NCBI GenBank assembly: GCA_024679065.1
Contig: JAGIQG010000020.1
Location: forward strand, 33,790,001-33,854,000
DNA: 64,000 bases
Direction of reading: 5' to 3'
From: Sphyrna mokarran
Taxonomy: Eukaryota
A program made the translations under genes and the position numbers. Positions within the stretch are counted from its first letter, which is position 1; the number at the start of each line of letters is the position of its first letter. The notes below the pieces were generated by a model that was given only the letters and a program-made list of their open reading frames with translations, was not told the origin of the DNA and searched no databases. Below, piece after piece: positions 63,496-64,000 of this stretch.

Positions 63496-64000
63496 CTCAG
63501 ATTTTGATAGAGTAAATCCAGTAGAAAATCTCTATTATATCAACTGATTGGGTCAGAATCTGAATTTATGTTCCATAATGTAGTGTTTATGTTTACTATC
63601 ATATTGTAATATCAGACATTTTCAGTCACACATAAAGAGAAAATTATACAGGTTCCCATTCAAAAAACAATGTTTTGGGTGAGATTGCACTGTTAATTAG
63701 AAGGAATGACAGTGCTGGGGAAATGTGATATTGTTAGCTTACTGTTATCTGATCTTGAGGCCAGATTGAAGAGGTGGAATGAAAGCATCTTAAATGATTT
63801 ACTATCAAGAGAAATTAGAAGAATATAATCATGTAGCACTGGAACCAAATGCAAGAGTATTTTCTGTCATGTTGGCACCCAGTCATTCAAGTCTGAACAA
63901 TTCCAAAGATTCTGGACAGGTGACACTAATTTAGTCAGAATTAGATATAGGATGGAATTTAGAGTCAGTGAGGAACACACCCTTGTCATCTACAGAAGCC

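Noticed and set aside
55785-64000. GRK3 exon 9 (expected [33 protein letters not shown]-like)
   Set aside because: Not found by eye or in the ORF track. It is probably beyond the window end. A tblastn search would settle it.

Overview
This is eukaryotic, AT-rich vertebrate genomic DNA. The repeat families I recognise (HE1/V-SINE-like and SacSINE/DeuSINE-like SINEs, CR1 LINEs, Penelope-type ends) point to a shark or other cartilaginous fish. One protein-coding gene is supported: the 3' part of GRK3 (ADRBK2, beta-adrenergic receptor kinase 2) on the minus strand. I traced 12 coding exons by hand, all with GT-AG boundaries (79, 131, 95, 108, 67, 101, 67, 96, 163, 137, 114 and 162 nt). They total 1320 nt, i.e. 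439 aa plus TAA with no frameshift, and cover most of the kinase domain, the AGC C-tail, the RH C-terminal helices and the PH domain. Exon numbers 10-21 follow the human gene as I recall it. I did not find upstream exons in the window. Position 5113 downward is the presumed 3' UTR. Introns are full of decayed and often nested transposons, and nearly all supplied ORFs are spurious or transposon debris. I found no CRISPR, rRNA, true tRNA or prokaryote-type system, and cannot support a claim of a wholly new biological system. The best second-look items are: a 33-bp frame-preserving minisatellite abutting exon 16; a long inverted repeat and a cluster of miR-183/96/182 seed matches in the putative 3' UTR; hammerhead-ribozyme-like Penelope ends; a compact non-autonomous Gypsy LTR element; and a ~240-nt AG-free zone before exon 18. 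Repeat family names come from recalled motifs, not database searches, and repeat boundaries are approximate unless stated.
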